64,000 bases of DNA from Alphaproteobacteria bacterium (GTDB taxonomy: Bacteria; Pseudomonadota; Alphaproteobacteria; JAAXGF01). The translations under genes were made by a program, and so were the position numbers. The notes beneath the pieces are model-generated. The model was not told where the DNA came from. It did no database searches and saw nothing but the letters and a program-made list of their open reading frames with translations. Shown here in pieces: positions 41,640 to 51,112 of the stretch (its first letter is position 1; the number at the start of each line of letters is the position of its first letter). The stretch is from assembly GCA_963555825.3 (NCBI GenBank), contig CAUVXB020000001.1:1280001-1344000 (forward strand). Direction: 5' to 3'.

Positions 41640-41678
41640 GGTAAGCACTGGGTAAGCACGGGTAAGCACGGGTAAGCG
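41640..41678. repeat. GGTAAGCAC ~10-bp tandem repeats (possible integrase arm sites)
   Basis: Four near-identical copies between the integrase remnant and the att site. Confidence 0.6.
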
Positions 41679-41797
41679 GAATTCCACGTATTTTGACGTA
41701 GACAACGCAGTGTTTCTACCGTGAAAATCTATGCTATTCCAATTACTAAGGGGGTTATGTGGTATTTCGCAGTACCATGCCGTAACACTGACAAACA

Positions 41798-41854
41798 GAC
41801 TTAAAATCCGTTCCCCGTAAGGGGTTGGGGGTTCGACTCCCTCCGCGGGCACCA
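41798..41854 (+). other. att site: 3' half of tRNA-Leu(TAA)
   Basis: GACTTAAAATCC anticodon loop, long variable arm, GGTTCGACTCC T-arm and ACCA end; 5' half absent. Confidence 0.85.
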
Positions 41855-41985
41855 CTTATCCGAACCGATCGATGAACGACACCGCCGCTGACAGGCGATG
41901 TCGCGCGGCGTGTATCTCGCGTGACTCGGCGGGCGACTGCTATATTCTTTCGCCGAAGAAGTGGCGGCCTCGGGGACTCTAGGGA

Positions 41986-42861
41986 GTGACGGCGATGAAC
42001 ATCGTGAAATTGGCTGTGGCGGTAGTTCTGGTCATCGCGGTTTGGCAGCCGACCGCGCGTCAGGCGGCGGCGCAGGACGACACGCCGCGCGCGATCACCA
42101 AGATCGCCGGCTATCTCTACCGCTTTCAGAACAAGTTCCATTACTCGGTGTTCCTGGTGACGCCCGAGGGCGTCATCGCCACCGACCCGATCAACGCCGA
42201 GGCCGCGACCTGGCTGAAGGGCGAGATCGCGGCGCGCTTCGGCGTGCCCGTCAAGTACCTGGTGCTGAGCCACGACCACGCCGACCATTCGGCCGGCGCC
42301 GAGGTCTTCGCCGACACCGCCACGGTCGTCGCGCACGAGAACGCCAAGGCCGCGATCGTCGGCGAGGGCCGGCCGACGGCGGTGCCCGACATCACATTTG
42401 CGGACCGCATGACCATCGAGCTCGGCGGCAAGCGGGTCGAGCTGATCTATCCCGGCCGGTCGCACTCCGACAACCTGATCGTCATGCGCTTCCCCGACGA
42501 AAGGGTGCTCTTCGCGGTCGACATGGTGACGGTCGGCCGCCTGCCCTACCGCAACCTGTCCGACGCCTACTTCCCCGACTGGATCGAGGCGCTCGGCCGC
42601 CTCGAGGCGCTTGACTTCGATATTCTGGCACCCGGCCACGGGCCGCTCGGCGGCAAACAGGACGTCGCCGACCATCGGCGCTATTTCGAGGACCTGCACG
42701 CCGCGGTCGTGGCCGCCGCCCGCGCCGGGCAGAGCCTCGACGAGATGAAGCGGAGCATCACACTGGACGCCTACAAGGACTGGGGCCAGTACGACGCCTG
42801 GCGCGAACTCAACATCGAGGGCATGTACGCCCGGGTCAGCCTGCAACGTCGCGGCAACTGA
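41986..42861 (+). CDS. Secreted MBL-fold metallo-hydrolase
   Basis: SHDHADH, HSD and PGHG motifs; signal peptide. Confidence 0.88.
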   Translation: MTAMNIVKLAVAVVLVIAVWQPTARQAAAQDDTPRAITKIAGYLYRFQNKFHYSVFLVTPEGVIATDPINAEAATWLKGEIAARFGVPVKYLVLSHDHADHSAGAEVFADTATVVAHENAKAAIVGEGRPTAVPDITFADRMTIELGGKRVELIYPGRSHSDNLIVMRFPDERVLFAVDMVTVGRLPYRNLSDAYFPDWIEALGRLEALDFDILAPGHGPLGGKQDVADHRRYFEDLHAAVVAAARAGQSLDEMKRSITLDAYKDWGQYDAWRELNIEGMYARVSLQRRGN

Positions 42862-42871
42862 GCGGGCGAGG

Positions 42872-43564
42872 ATGGCCGCCCCACCCCGCCCCGCGCTGAC
42901 CCATGCGCTGATCGCCCGGCGCTTCCCCGACCCGGTGCCGGACGCCGGACGGATCGGGCCGTATCTGGACGAGGCCGAGATCGCCGCGAGGCTCGACGCC
43001 GACATTGCCGCGGCCGGCGGGCCCGACCGCGACATCTGGCTGTTCGGTTACGGCTCACTGGTCTGGCAGCCGCGTTTCGAGGTCGCCGAGCATCGCACCG
43101 CCAGGGCCCACGGCTGGCACCGCCGCTTCTGCCTGTGGCAGTGGTGGTCGCGCGGCACCCGCGAGGCGCCCAATCTGATGCTTGCGCTCGATCGCGGCGG
43201 CTCGTGCACCGGCATCGCCTACCGCGTGCCGGGACCCGACGTGAAGTCCAAGGTCGCCGAGCTGTGGCGCCGCGAACTGATGGGCGACGGCTACCGGACG
43301 TGCTGGCTCAATCTGTCGAGCCCCGAGGGGCCCTTGCGCGCGGTCGCCTTCGTCGCCAACCACGAGACGGAACGCTATGCCGGCAAGTTGAGCGACCATG
43401 CGGTCGCCGATCGGATCGCGGCGGCCTGTGGGCACTTCGGCTCGGGCGCGGAGTATCTCTTGAACACCGTCGCGGCACTCGAGCGGATCGGCGTTCACGA
43501 CGGCATGCTGTGGCGCGTGCAGGAAATGGTCGCCGAGCGGATCGCCGCCAACTGCGAGGCCTGA
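42872..43564 (+). CDS. chaC: Gamma-glutamylcyclotransferase, ChaC family
   Basis: W.FGYGSL.W, RGT...P and W.RE motifs. Confidence 0.88.
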   Translation: MAAPPRPALTHALIARRFPDPVPDAGRIGPYLDEAEIAARLDADIAAAGGPDRDIWLFGYGSLVWQPRFEVAEHRTARAHGWHRRFCLWQWWSRGTREAPNLMLALDRGGSCTGIAYRVPGPDVKSKVAELWRRELMGDGYRTCWLNLSSPEGPLRAVAFVANHETERYAGKLSDHAVADRIAAACGHFGSGAEYLLNTVAALERIGVHDGMLWRVQEMVAERIAANCEA

Positions 43565-43583
43565 TCGATTGGCAATTCGGCTC

Positions 43584-44060
43584 ATGCGCGGGAACGCATC
43601 GACCTCCAGCTTCGCCGCCGCAATGGGCCCCGCTCTCGGCCTGGGTATTTTGGCATGGGCCGGCCTGGTCGCGGCCGGCTCGACCGAAATGGCCGATCCC
43701 GACGATGCCGCGCAGGTCGAACGCGGCGCGCGTATCTACGCCGAACACTGCGCCGCCTGCCACGGCGCCGAGCTCCAGGGTCAGCCAAACTGGCGGACGC
43801 AGCTCTCGACCGGCGGGTTGCCGGCGCCACCCCATGACGAGACCGGGCACACCTGGCATCACGCCGACGAGATGCTGTTCGTCTATACCAAGCTCGGCGT
43901 TAAGGAAGGGTTGGGTATCGAGGGTTTTCAGAGCAACATGCCGGCGTTTCGCGACACCCTGTCGGACGCCGACATCTGGGCCAGCCTCGGCTATATCATG
44001 AGCCGCTGGCCGGCGCGGGTTCGCCAACGCCAGGACAACATCAACGAACAGTCGAAGTGA
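43584..44060 (+). CDS. Class I cytochrome c
   Basis: CAACHG, APPHD.TGHTWHH and MPAF motifs. Confidence 0.85.
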   Translation: MRGNASTSSFAAAMGPALGLGILAWAGLVAAGSTEMADPDDAAQVERGARIYAEHCAACHGAELQGQPNWRTQLSTGGLPAPPHDETGHTWHHADEMLFVYTKLGVKEGLGIEGFQSNMPAFRDTLSDADIWASLGYIMSRWPARVRQRQDNINEQSK

Positions 44061-44079
44061 CAATCATGGGAGGCACGTC

Positions 44080-45075
44080 GTGACCGATTGGAACGTCACC
44101 GAGCGCGCCGCGGCATTGCACGCCGAGGCGCTGGTGTGGGACGACCACGCCGGCTTCGAGCCCGAGCCCGACGTCGATCTCGGTCAGCTCGCGCGCTGGC
44201 GCGACGCCGGCGTCGACTACCTCTCGGTCAACGTCTGCTACGACCGCCGGCCATGGCACGCCGCGTTCAAGACGATCGCCGCCTACCGCGCCTGGATCGC
44301 CGCACACCCCGACGACTATCTGCTGGCCGGGACGGTCGACGACGTGCGCCGCGCCAAGGCCGAGGGCCGGCTCGCGGTAGCCTTCGACCTCGAGGGCATG
44401 GGCGCGCTCGACGGCGAGATCGGCATGGTCGATGTCTATCACCGGCTCGGCGTGCGCCAGATGCTGTTCGCCTACAACCTCAACAACGCGGCGGGCGGCG
44501 GCTGCCACGACGCCGACATCGGGCTGACCGCCTTCGGGCGCGACGTCGTCGCGGCGATGAACCGCGTCGGCATGCTGATCGACTGCTCGCACTCGGGCTA
44601 CCGCACGACCATGGAGGCGATGGAGCTATCGGCGGCGCCGGTGATCTTCTCGCATTCGAACGCGCGCGCCCTGACCGACCATGAGCGCAACATCCGCGAC
44701 GACCAGATGACCGCCTGCGCGGCGACCGGCGGCGTCGTCGGCGTCACCGGAATCGGCCTGTTCCTCGCGCCCGACGGCGCCACTGTCGCGGGCCTGATGC
44801 GCCACATCGACTACATCTGCGGGCTGATCGGGCCGGACCACGTTGGGCTGGCGCTGGATTACGCCTTCGGGCAGAACCTGGCGGACGAGAGCCTGGCGGG
44901 CGCCAGTGACTACTGGCCGGCGCGCCAGTATGGAGACGGCGACATCGGCTACGTCGCGCCCGAGGCCTTCCCGGCGATCACCGAGGGCCTGATCGGGCTG
45001 GGTCTCGGCGACGACGAGGTCCGCAGTATCCTGGGCGAGAACTTCCTGCGCGTCGCCGGCGAGGTGTGGCGCTGA
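44080..45075 (+). CDS. Membrane dipeptidase (peptidase M19)
   Basis: D.H, GLT.FG, D.SH, SHSN and RN..D motifs. Confidence 0.9.
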   Translation: MTDWNVTERAAALHAEALVWDDHAGFEPEPDVDLGQLARWRDAGVDYLSVNVCYDRRPWHAAFKTIAAYRAWIAAHPDDYLLAGTVDDVRRAKAEGRLAVAFDLEGMGALDGEIGMVDVYHRLGVRQMLFAYNLNNAAGGGCHDADIGLTAFGRDVVAAMNRVGMLIDCSHSGYRTTMEAMELSAAPVIFSHSNARALTDHERNIRDDQMTACAATGGVVGVTGIGLFLAPDGATVAGLMRHIDYICGLIGPDHVGLALDYAFGQNLADESLAGASDYWPARQYGDGDIGYVAPEAFPAITEGLIGLGLGDDEVRSILGENFLRVAGEVWR

Positions 45076-45096
45076 GCGGCGCTCGGGTGGATTCAG

Positions 45097-45179
45097 AATA
45101 AATATATACTGCTTACGTTTAAATACGAGGCACCTTCTAAACATAAGCACCTTCTATACATAAGCAGTATATATTTATT
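45097..45179. repeat. RAYT-associated AT-rich inverted repeat pair
   Basis: 19-bp perfect IR (45097-45115, 45161-45179) with an internal 17-bp tandem duplication. Confidence 0.8.
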
Positions 45180-45212
45180 GCCGCCGTGGCGGCGGCGGTC
45201 TAAGCTGTGCCC

Positions 45213-45878
45213 ATGGCAAGATCCGCCCGACTCGTCGTTCCCGGCTGCCCGCACCACGTGACCCAGCGGGGCAACCGTGGCCAGAAGGTGTTCTTCGACG
45301 ACGCCGATTATCGCGACTATATCGCGCTGATGGCGGCGTCCTGCGCCAAGGCGGGCACCGCGGTCTGGGCCTACTGCCTGATGCCCAACCACGTGCATAT
45401 GATCTTGGTGCCGTCGCACGAGGACGGCCTGCGCGCGGCGGTCAGCGACACGCATCGGCGCTATGCGCGGCACGTCAACGCCCGCGAGGACTGCGGCGGG
45501 CATCTGTGGCAGGGCCGCTTCGCCTCGTTCCCGATGGACGAGGCGCATCTCTTGGCCTGCGCCCGCTACGTCGAGCTCAACCCGGTTCGCGCCAAACTCC
45601 ACCGCAGTCCGCGCGCCTGGCCATGGTCGAGCGCCAGGGCGCATCTCGGCGGCAAGGACGATGCGCTGGTTACCGTCGCGCCGCTGCTCGAGCGCGTCGG
45701 CGACTGGAAGGCATTCCTCGCCGGCGGCCTCGACGACGCGGCGCTGGACGCCATCCGCGGCCGCGAGCGCAGCGGGCACCCGCTCGGCGACAACGCCTTC
45801 TTCAGGAAGCTCAAGCGGCGCTTCGGCCGCGACGTCAAGCCGGCCAAACGCGGCCGCCCACCCCTCCCTAAAACGTAA
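45213..45878 (+). CDS. REP-associated tyrosine transposase (RAYT, HUH Y1)
   Basis: M.R..R......HHVTQRGN, AYCLMPNHVH, G.LWQGRF, RYVELNP and W.WSS motifs. Confidence 0.9.
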   Translation: MARSARLVVPGCPHHVTQRGNRGQKVFFDDADYRDYIALMAASCAKAGTAVWAYCLMPNHVHMILVPSHEDGLRAAVSDTHRRYARHVNAREDCGGHLWQGRFASFPMDEAHLLACARYVELNPVRAKLHRSPRAWPWSSARAHLGGKDDALVTVAPLLERVGDWKAFLAGGLDDAALDAIRGRERSGHPLGDNAFFRKLKRRFGRDVKPAKRGRPPLPKT

Positions 45879-46002
45879 GCAGTATACATTTACGCACAGC
45901 CGGACGCTTTCCCTTGGCGCCCATAAAAACCTAAACAGTATACATTTACGTACCGTTAGGGAGTCGGTGATCGGCGTCGAAAGTGTATACTGATTAGGTT
46001 TA
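45871..46002. repeat. Three more copies of the AAACGTAAGCAGTATACATT motif
   Basis: 45871-45890 (+, contains the RAYT stop), 45927-45950 (+), 45980-46002 (-). Confidence 0.8.
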
Positions 46003-46005
46003 ATA

Positions 46006-46113
46006 ATCCGCGGCCGCGAGCGCGACGGGCATCCGCTCGGCGACAATGCATTCTTCGGGAAGCTTAAGCGGCGATTCGGCCGTAACGTCAAGCCAGCCAA
46101 ACGCGGCCGCCCG
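46006..46113 (+). pseudogene. Diverged duplicate of the RAYT 3' end
   Basis: Encodes IRGRERDGHPLGDNAFFGKLKRRFGRNVKPAKRGRP, versus 45753-45860. Confidence 0.8.
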
Positions 46114-46313
46114 CCCCGCAGACCCGCCTGAGCCACGTTCCCATCGGCATCTGCCGTCGGCCTCCCCGCGCGAGACCAGGGATGCCGACCGAAGCGGCAT
46201 CGTCGGCCGACCCGAGCCGCCCGTGTGGACGGCGTTGTCATGGCTTGGCGAATCGTGCGATTGTTGCGGCGTCACCTATCGGTAAGAAACCTTTCACTCG
46301 ATCAGGGAAGAAC

Positions 46314-46947
46314 CTTGCCTATCCGGTTTACACCCACACCCACTAGGGCTAGAATGGGCGCAAACCGGATATAGGGGAGCGCGCCATGGATGTTCTCGAC
46401 CGCGCCGATCTCCCATTCCCGCATTCGCCACCTCAACATGGTTCTTGGGCTGTCCACCGATCCTGTCTTGGTTGGGCCGCACCATGCCCGAGCGGAGCTT
46501 GTGGAGAATTTGAAAGGCCGTCTCGTAGCGCGAAAGACCAAGTTGCCGCTGAAACTGCACGGCGGACATGCCGGGCGTCTGACTGGCGACCAGATAAGCG
46601 GCCCAGAACCAGACGTTCAGCGGAGTGTGGCTACGCTCCATCACTGTTCCCACCGTCAGCCCGGTGTTCTGGCGGCACTTGCGGCAGCGCAGGACGCCAG
46701 GGCGGTTTTCAAAGTGGAACGGCTCTCCCGCCGTGCCGCAGTGCGGGCAGGCAAAGCCGTCTCCCCAGCGGGCTTTCTCCAGGTAGGCGGCGCAGGCCGC
46801 ATCATCGGGGAAAAGTCGCTGGAACTCGGGTAGCGAATGCGGGAATGGGAGATCGGCGCGGTCGAGAACATCCATGGCGCGCTCCCCTATATCCGGTTTG
46901 CGCCCATTCTAGCCCTAGTGGGTGTGGGTGTAAACCGGATAGGCAAG
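46314..46947. mobile_element. IS1595-derived fold-back element with two left ends
   Basis: 115-bp IR (46314-46428, 46833-46947); TSD GGAAGAAC/GGAGGAAC (7/8); transposase N-terminus (Zn ribbon CP.C...C..C) 46875 to ~46429 on the - strand. Confidence 0.85.
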
Positions 46948-46959
46948 GGAGGAACGAAG

Positions 46960-47562
46960 ATGGCTTATACGCTCGAAGGACAGCTCTTGGAGGTCTGCAA
47001 CTGCCGGGTGCTCTGTCCGTGCTGGATCGGCGAGGATCCCGATTTCGGCACCTGCCAAGGCACCCTGGCGTGGAAGATCGAGAAGGGGACGATCAACGGC
47101 ATCGACGTCTCCGGTCTCTCAATCTGCCTCCTCGCCCACATTCCGGGCAACATCTTGCAAGGCAACTGGCGCGTGGTCGTCTACGTCGACGAGCAAGCCA
47201 GCGACGAGCAGCAGGAGGCGCTGCTCGAAGTCTACTCGGGCAAGGCCGGCGGACCGGTGGCGGACTTCGCCGGGCTGGTCGGCGAGATCGTCGCCGTCGA
47301 ACGCGCGCCGTTCACGGTCGAGGTCACCGAAGGCAAGGGTACGCTCAAGATCGGCGACGTCATCTTTGCGGAGATGGAGCCGTACACGGGCGCCACGGGC
47401 GGCTTGACGACGTTGCATGACACGGCGTTCTCGACCATCCCGGGATCACCCGCTTACGTCAGCAAGGCGGGGAGCTACAAGGCCAAGAATGCGGCGCTCG
47501 GCATCGACGTCGACCTCGAGGGCCACAACGCCGTTACCGGGGCCTTCCGCTTCGAAGGCTGA
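46960..47562 (+). CDS. DUF1326 family protein
   Basis: G...E.C.C...CPC..G motif; paired with DUF2182. Confidence 0.85.
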   Translation: MAYTLEGQLLEVCNCRVLCPCWIGEDPDFGTCQGTLAWKIEKGTINGIDVSGLSICLLAHIPGNILQGNWRVVVYVDEQASDEQQEALLEVYSGKAGGPVADFAGLVGEIVAVERAPFTVEVTEGKGTLKIGDVIFAEMEPYTGATGGLTTLHDTAFSTIPGSPAYVSKAGSYKAKNAALGIDVDLEGHNAVTGAFRFEG

Positions 47563-47670
47563 TCGCGGCGCCGAAAGCGAGGTCGCGGCGGCGCGGCGAG
47601 ACGGCGCTGCCTCGCCGCCGACGCCCTCGCGAGGCCTCGGTCACGCGCGCAATCCGGTGCTCTCGACAGG

Positions 47671-48462
47671 GTGGACGGGATGAAGGCCATCGCTCATCGC
47701 AACGCGTTCCTGCCCATCATGGGCATGCTTGTCGCGTTCGCCTGGCTCACGCTGTGGCTGTGGGAAGCGTCGCCCTACGGGCGCTACCTCAACCATGGTG
47801 AACTGGCCGATATCGACCTCGAGGGCGCCGGCGGCGTCCTGCTGACGGCCGCGCTCTACGTCGCCGGTTGGACGCTGATGACGGTGGCGATGATGCTGCC
47901 GACCACCCTGCCGCTTGTCGTGATCTTCCGCCGCCTCACCGCGCGCCGTGCCGACCGGACGCAGCTCGTGACGCTGGTCATCCTCGGCTACCTCGGTATC
48001 TGGCTCGCCTTCGGCGTCGCCGCCCACATCGCCGACTGGGTGCTGCACGAGGCGTATGAGCACGTCGACTGGTTGCGGGCGAACGCCTGGGCGTTCGGCG
48101 CCGGGCCTCTCTTGCTGGCTGGCGCCTTCCAGTTCACCGCGCTCAAGTACCGCTGCCTGGAGAAATGCCGCACGCCGCTCTCCTTCGTCATGCAGCACTG
48201 GCGCGGCAGTCGCGAGCGGACGTACGTGCTCCTGCTCGGCGTACGCCACGGCGCGTTCTGCGTCGGCTGCTGCTGGGCGCTGATGCTCCTGATGTTCGCC
48301 GTCGGCACCGGCAACGTCGGCTGGATGATGGCGCTCGGCGCGGTCATGGCGATCGAGAAGAACCTGCCCTGGGGCCGCCGGCTGAGCACGCCGCTCGGCA
48401 TCGGCCTCTTGCTCTGGGGCGGCCTGATCGTGCTCGACCACACGCTGTCCTGGCAGGGCTGA
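47671..48462 (+). CDS. DUF2182 predicted metal-binding membrane protein
   Basis: W.LM..AMMLP, K..CL..CR.P and CVGCCW.LM motifs. Confidence 0.88.
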   Translation: MDGMKAIAHRNAFLPIMGMLVAFAWLTLWLWEASPYGRYLNHGELADIDLEGAGGVLLTAALYVAGWTLMTVAMMLPTTLPLVVIFRRLTARRADRTQLVTLVILGYLGIWLAFGVAAHIADWVLHEAYEHVDWLRANAWAFGAGPLLLAGAFQFTALKYRCLEKCRTPLSFVMQHWRGSRERTYVLLLGVRHGAFCVGCCWALMLLMFAVGTGNVGWMMALGAVMAIEKNLPWGRRLSTPLGIGLLLWGGLIVLDHTLSWQG

Positions 48463-48472
48463 TCGCGGCCGG

Positions 48473-48566
48473 ATTTAAACGTAAGCAGTATACATTTGAT
48501 CGCGCAGCGTTAGGTTGCGCACGCATTCGATCGCGCGCGGACAATGTATACTGCTTACGTTTAAAT
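48473..48566. repeat. REPIN-like doublet of the RAYT motif between convergent genes
   Basis: Perfect 24-bp IR ATTTAAACGTAAGCAGTATACATT (48473-48496, 48543-48566). Confidence 0.85.
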
Positions 48567-48582
48567 GGAGAGGTGCAGGTGT

Positions 48583-51111
48583 TTAGCGCAACCCGGCGAG
48601 GACGATGTCGGTGGCGTCGGCGGTGGCCAGCGTGAGTGCGCGCAGGTCCTCGGGTTCGAGGTTGTGCAGCTTGGTCTTGCCCGTGCAGCGCGCCATCATC
48701 GAGGCCTCGCCGGCGCTTGCCTTGATGATGTTGGCGACCGCGCAGCTGCGTTCGGCGAGCGTGTGGTCGGGCGCGAAGTCGATGCCGTGGCGCGCGGTGA
48801 TCGCGCCGCCGGCGGCCAGCGCGATCGGAATGCCGAGCACCACCGCCTTGCCGCCCAGCGCGATGATCTTGGCCGCGTCGGTGCCCGAGCGGATGCCGCC
48901 GAAGTAGACCAGATCGATCTCCTCCTCGCGGTCGAGCCGGCGCAGGATGCGGATGGCGTCGCGCATGATCGCCAAGTCCGGCACGCCGACGAGCTCCGCC
49001 CACGGCGCGCCGAGACCGCCGGTGGCGTCCAGAACCAGCATGTCGAAGTCGTTGTCGAGCGCATGGGGGATCGCCGCCTCGAGCACTGTCGGCGACGAGA
49101 CCGCGAGGCCGAGCAGCTGATCGTCGTTGAGCCGCGCCGCCGCGGGCGCCTCGAAGCGATGGCCGACGGCGTACACCAGACCGGCCGCCGCCGCGCTCGG
49201 CGCGATTTGGCCAGGCATGACGAGCTGCAGCCACGGCACCGCGCCGCCGATCGGCCGGACGCCCAGATAGCCGCTGCCGATCTCGGCAAGGCCGGCGGCG
49301 ACGCCCTCGCGCACTTCCTCGGGCGCATCGTCGAAGCCGGTCGCGAAGAACGGCTGTGAAATCTCCATGCGATCGCCGATGTCGGTCGATATCTTGCACG
49401 CCTCGCGGTACGGGTCGATGACCAGCCGCGACAGGTTGGCGGGCAGGAAGACCAGGTCGTCGAGCACGCCGGGCCGGTCCTCGGGGAACGGGTTGTCGCG
49501 CGATGGCAGGCGCTTCTTGAGCATCGCGGCGTGGCGCGCGTGGTCGGCCGGGTTGGTGCGCGCCATGGCGAAGATGTCCTCGCGGTGGCGCACGGCATAG
49601 TCGGCCGAACCGGTCTCGGCGTCGCAACGGTAGCAGCGCGCGGCCTCTTTCTTCGCCGTCTCCCAGTCGTAGGTCGCCTCGATCTCGGGGAACTCGACGG
49701 GATTGTCGCCGACGCCGAAGAACGCGGGCTCGTGCAGCGGCTGGAGCTCCCACATGATGTCCTGCGCGACCTCGACGCGGCGCGTGCGATAGGGTGTGCG
49801 GTATGGCATCGGGCTCTCGCGGCCCTCGAGGAACGCCTTGATGTAGTACGCCGCGCGCTGGCCGTGGTTCATCGCCACGACGATGGTCGAGCCGCCGAAG
49901 GCGCCATCGCCCGCCGCGAACACCTTGGGGTCGTCGGTGCGCATGCCCTCGTACTCGGTGCGCACACGGTCCTTCACCATCAGGCCGCGTTCGTGAAGCT
50001 CGCCGCAATCGGTGAACTGGCCGACCGAGGCAATGATCATGCCGCAGTCGATGTCGTGCTCGCTGCCCGCCACGTCGAGCGGGCTGCGCCGGCCGTCGGC
50101 GTCGGGCTCGCCCGGCTCGGTCTTGACGCATTTCAGCGTCAGGCCGTTGCCCTTTTGCGCGATCGCGATCTGGCGCGTCGAGTAGATGAACTCGATGCCT
50201 TCCTTGATGGCGCCCTCGAGCTCGACCTTGCGCGCCGGAATCTCGTCCTCGCCGCGCCGGTAGACGACCTTGACGTGTTTGCAGCCGGGCAAGCGCAGCG
50301 CGACGCGGCAGGCGTCCATGGCGACGTCGCCGCCGCCGATCACCGCGACCGTCTCTGGCATCTCGGGGCGCGCGCCGGCGTTGATCCTGCGCAGGAACTC
50401 GACGCCGTCGATGACCCGTTCGTCGTCCTCGCCTGGCACGTTCATCTGCTTGCCCCACCAGGCGCCGATGGTCAGCAGCACGGCGTCGTGGCGCGCCTTC
50501 AGCTCGTCGAGCGTGACGTCGGTGCCGAGCGCTGCGTTGAGGTGGATGTTGAGCCCCGGGCAGCGCTTGGTCAGGCGGTCGAGGTCCTCCTCGATGATGC
50601 CGGGTGGCAGGCGGAACGCCGGGATGCCCCAGACCATCATGCCGCCCAGGCGGTCGGTCATCTCGTAGACGTGGACCTCGTAGCCGGCGACGCAGAGGTC
50701 GTGGGCGGCGACCATGCCGGCCGGCCCGGCACCGACGATGGCGATCGTCTCGGCGCGCGTCACGGGCACCGCCGGCGGGTCGTAGTCATGGCCGACCTTG
50801 TCCATGACGAAGCGCTTGAGGTTGCGAATCTGCAGCGCCCCGTCGGAATCGACGCGTCGGCAGGCCGGCTCGCAGGGCGCGTCGCACACCCGGCCGCAGA
50901 TCGAGCTGAACGGGTTGGTCGAGGTGATCGCCTCGAAGGCTTCGGCGAACTTGCCTTCCCAGATGTAGGCGATATAGGACGGCGCGTCGGTGCCGACCGG
51001 GCAGGCGACCTGGCAGGGCGCCGGCACGAAGTGCAGGTCGGTCCGGTCGTCCGCCAACTCCTCGGGCACCAGGACCTCGTGGGTCGCGCCGGATTTCTCG
51101 AACAGCGGCAT
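48583..51111 (-). CDS. GltD-like FAD/Fe-S oxidoreductase fused to a degenerate glutamate-synthase FMN barrel
   Basis: PC..ACP, CGRVC..PCE..C, GAGPAG, GGG.VAMD and EA.RC.RC motifs; C-terminal GGIR.G.D.AK..ALG. Confidence 0.8.
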   Translation of the reverse strand: MPLFEKSGATHEVLVPEELADDRTDLHFVPAPCQVACPVGTDAPSYIAYIWEGKFAEAFEAITSTNPFSSICGRVCDAPCEPACRRVDSDGALQIRNLKRFVMDKVGHDYDPPAVPVTRAETIAIVGAGPAGMVAAHDLCVAGYEVHVYEMTDRLGGMMVWGIPAFRLPPGIIEEDLDRLTKRCPGLNIHLNAALGTDVTLDELKARHDAVLLTIGAWWGKQMNVPGEDDERVIDGVEFLRRINAGARPEMPETVAVIGGGDVAMDACRVALRLPGCKHVKVVYRRGEDEIPARKVELEGAIKEGIEFIYSTRQIAIAQKGNGLTLKCVKTEPGEPDADGRRSPLDVAGSEHDIDCGMIIASVGQFTDCGELHERGLMVKDRVRTEYEGMRTDDPKVFAAGDGAFGGSTIVVAMNHGQRAAYYIKAFLEGRESPMPYRTPYRTRRVEVAQDIMWELQPLHEPAFFGVGDNPVEFPEIEATYDWETAKKEAARCYRCDAETGSADYAVRHREDIFAMARTNPADHARHAAMLKKRLPSRDNPFPEDRPGVLDDLVFLPANLSRLVIDPYREACKISTDIGDRMEISQPFFATGFDDAPEEVREGVAAGLAEIGSGYLGVRPIGGAVPWLQLVMPGQIAPSAAAAGLVYAVGHRFEAPAAARLNDDQLLGLAVSSPTVLEAAIPHALDNDFDMLVLDATGGLGAPWAELVGVPDLAIMRDAIRILRRLDREEEIDLVYFGGIRSGTDAAKIIALGGKAVVLGIPIALAAGGAITARHGIDFAPDHTLAERSCAVANIIKASAGEASMMARCTGKTKLHNLEPEDLRALTLATADATDIVLAGLR

Positions 51112-51112
51112 G

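Noticed and set aside
41798-41854. Functional tRNA-Leu
   Set aside because: The acceptor 5' strand and D-arm are missing; it is an att-site fragment.
45871-46002. Mini CRISPR array (two direct repeats about 32 nt apart)
   Set aside because: The third copy is inverted, other copies occur as inverted pairs, and the context is a RAYT, not cas genes.
46006-46113. DGR template/variable repeat pair
   Set aside because: No reverse transcriptase nearby, and the differences are not adenine-specific.
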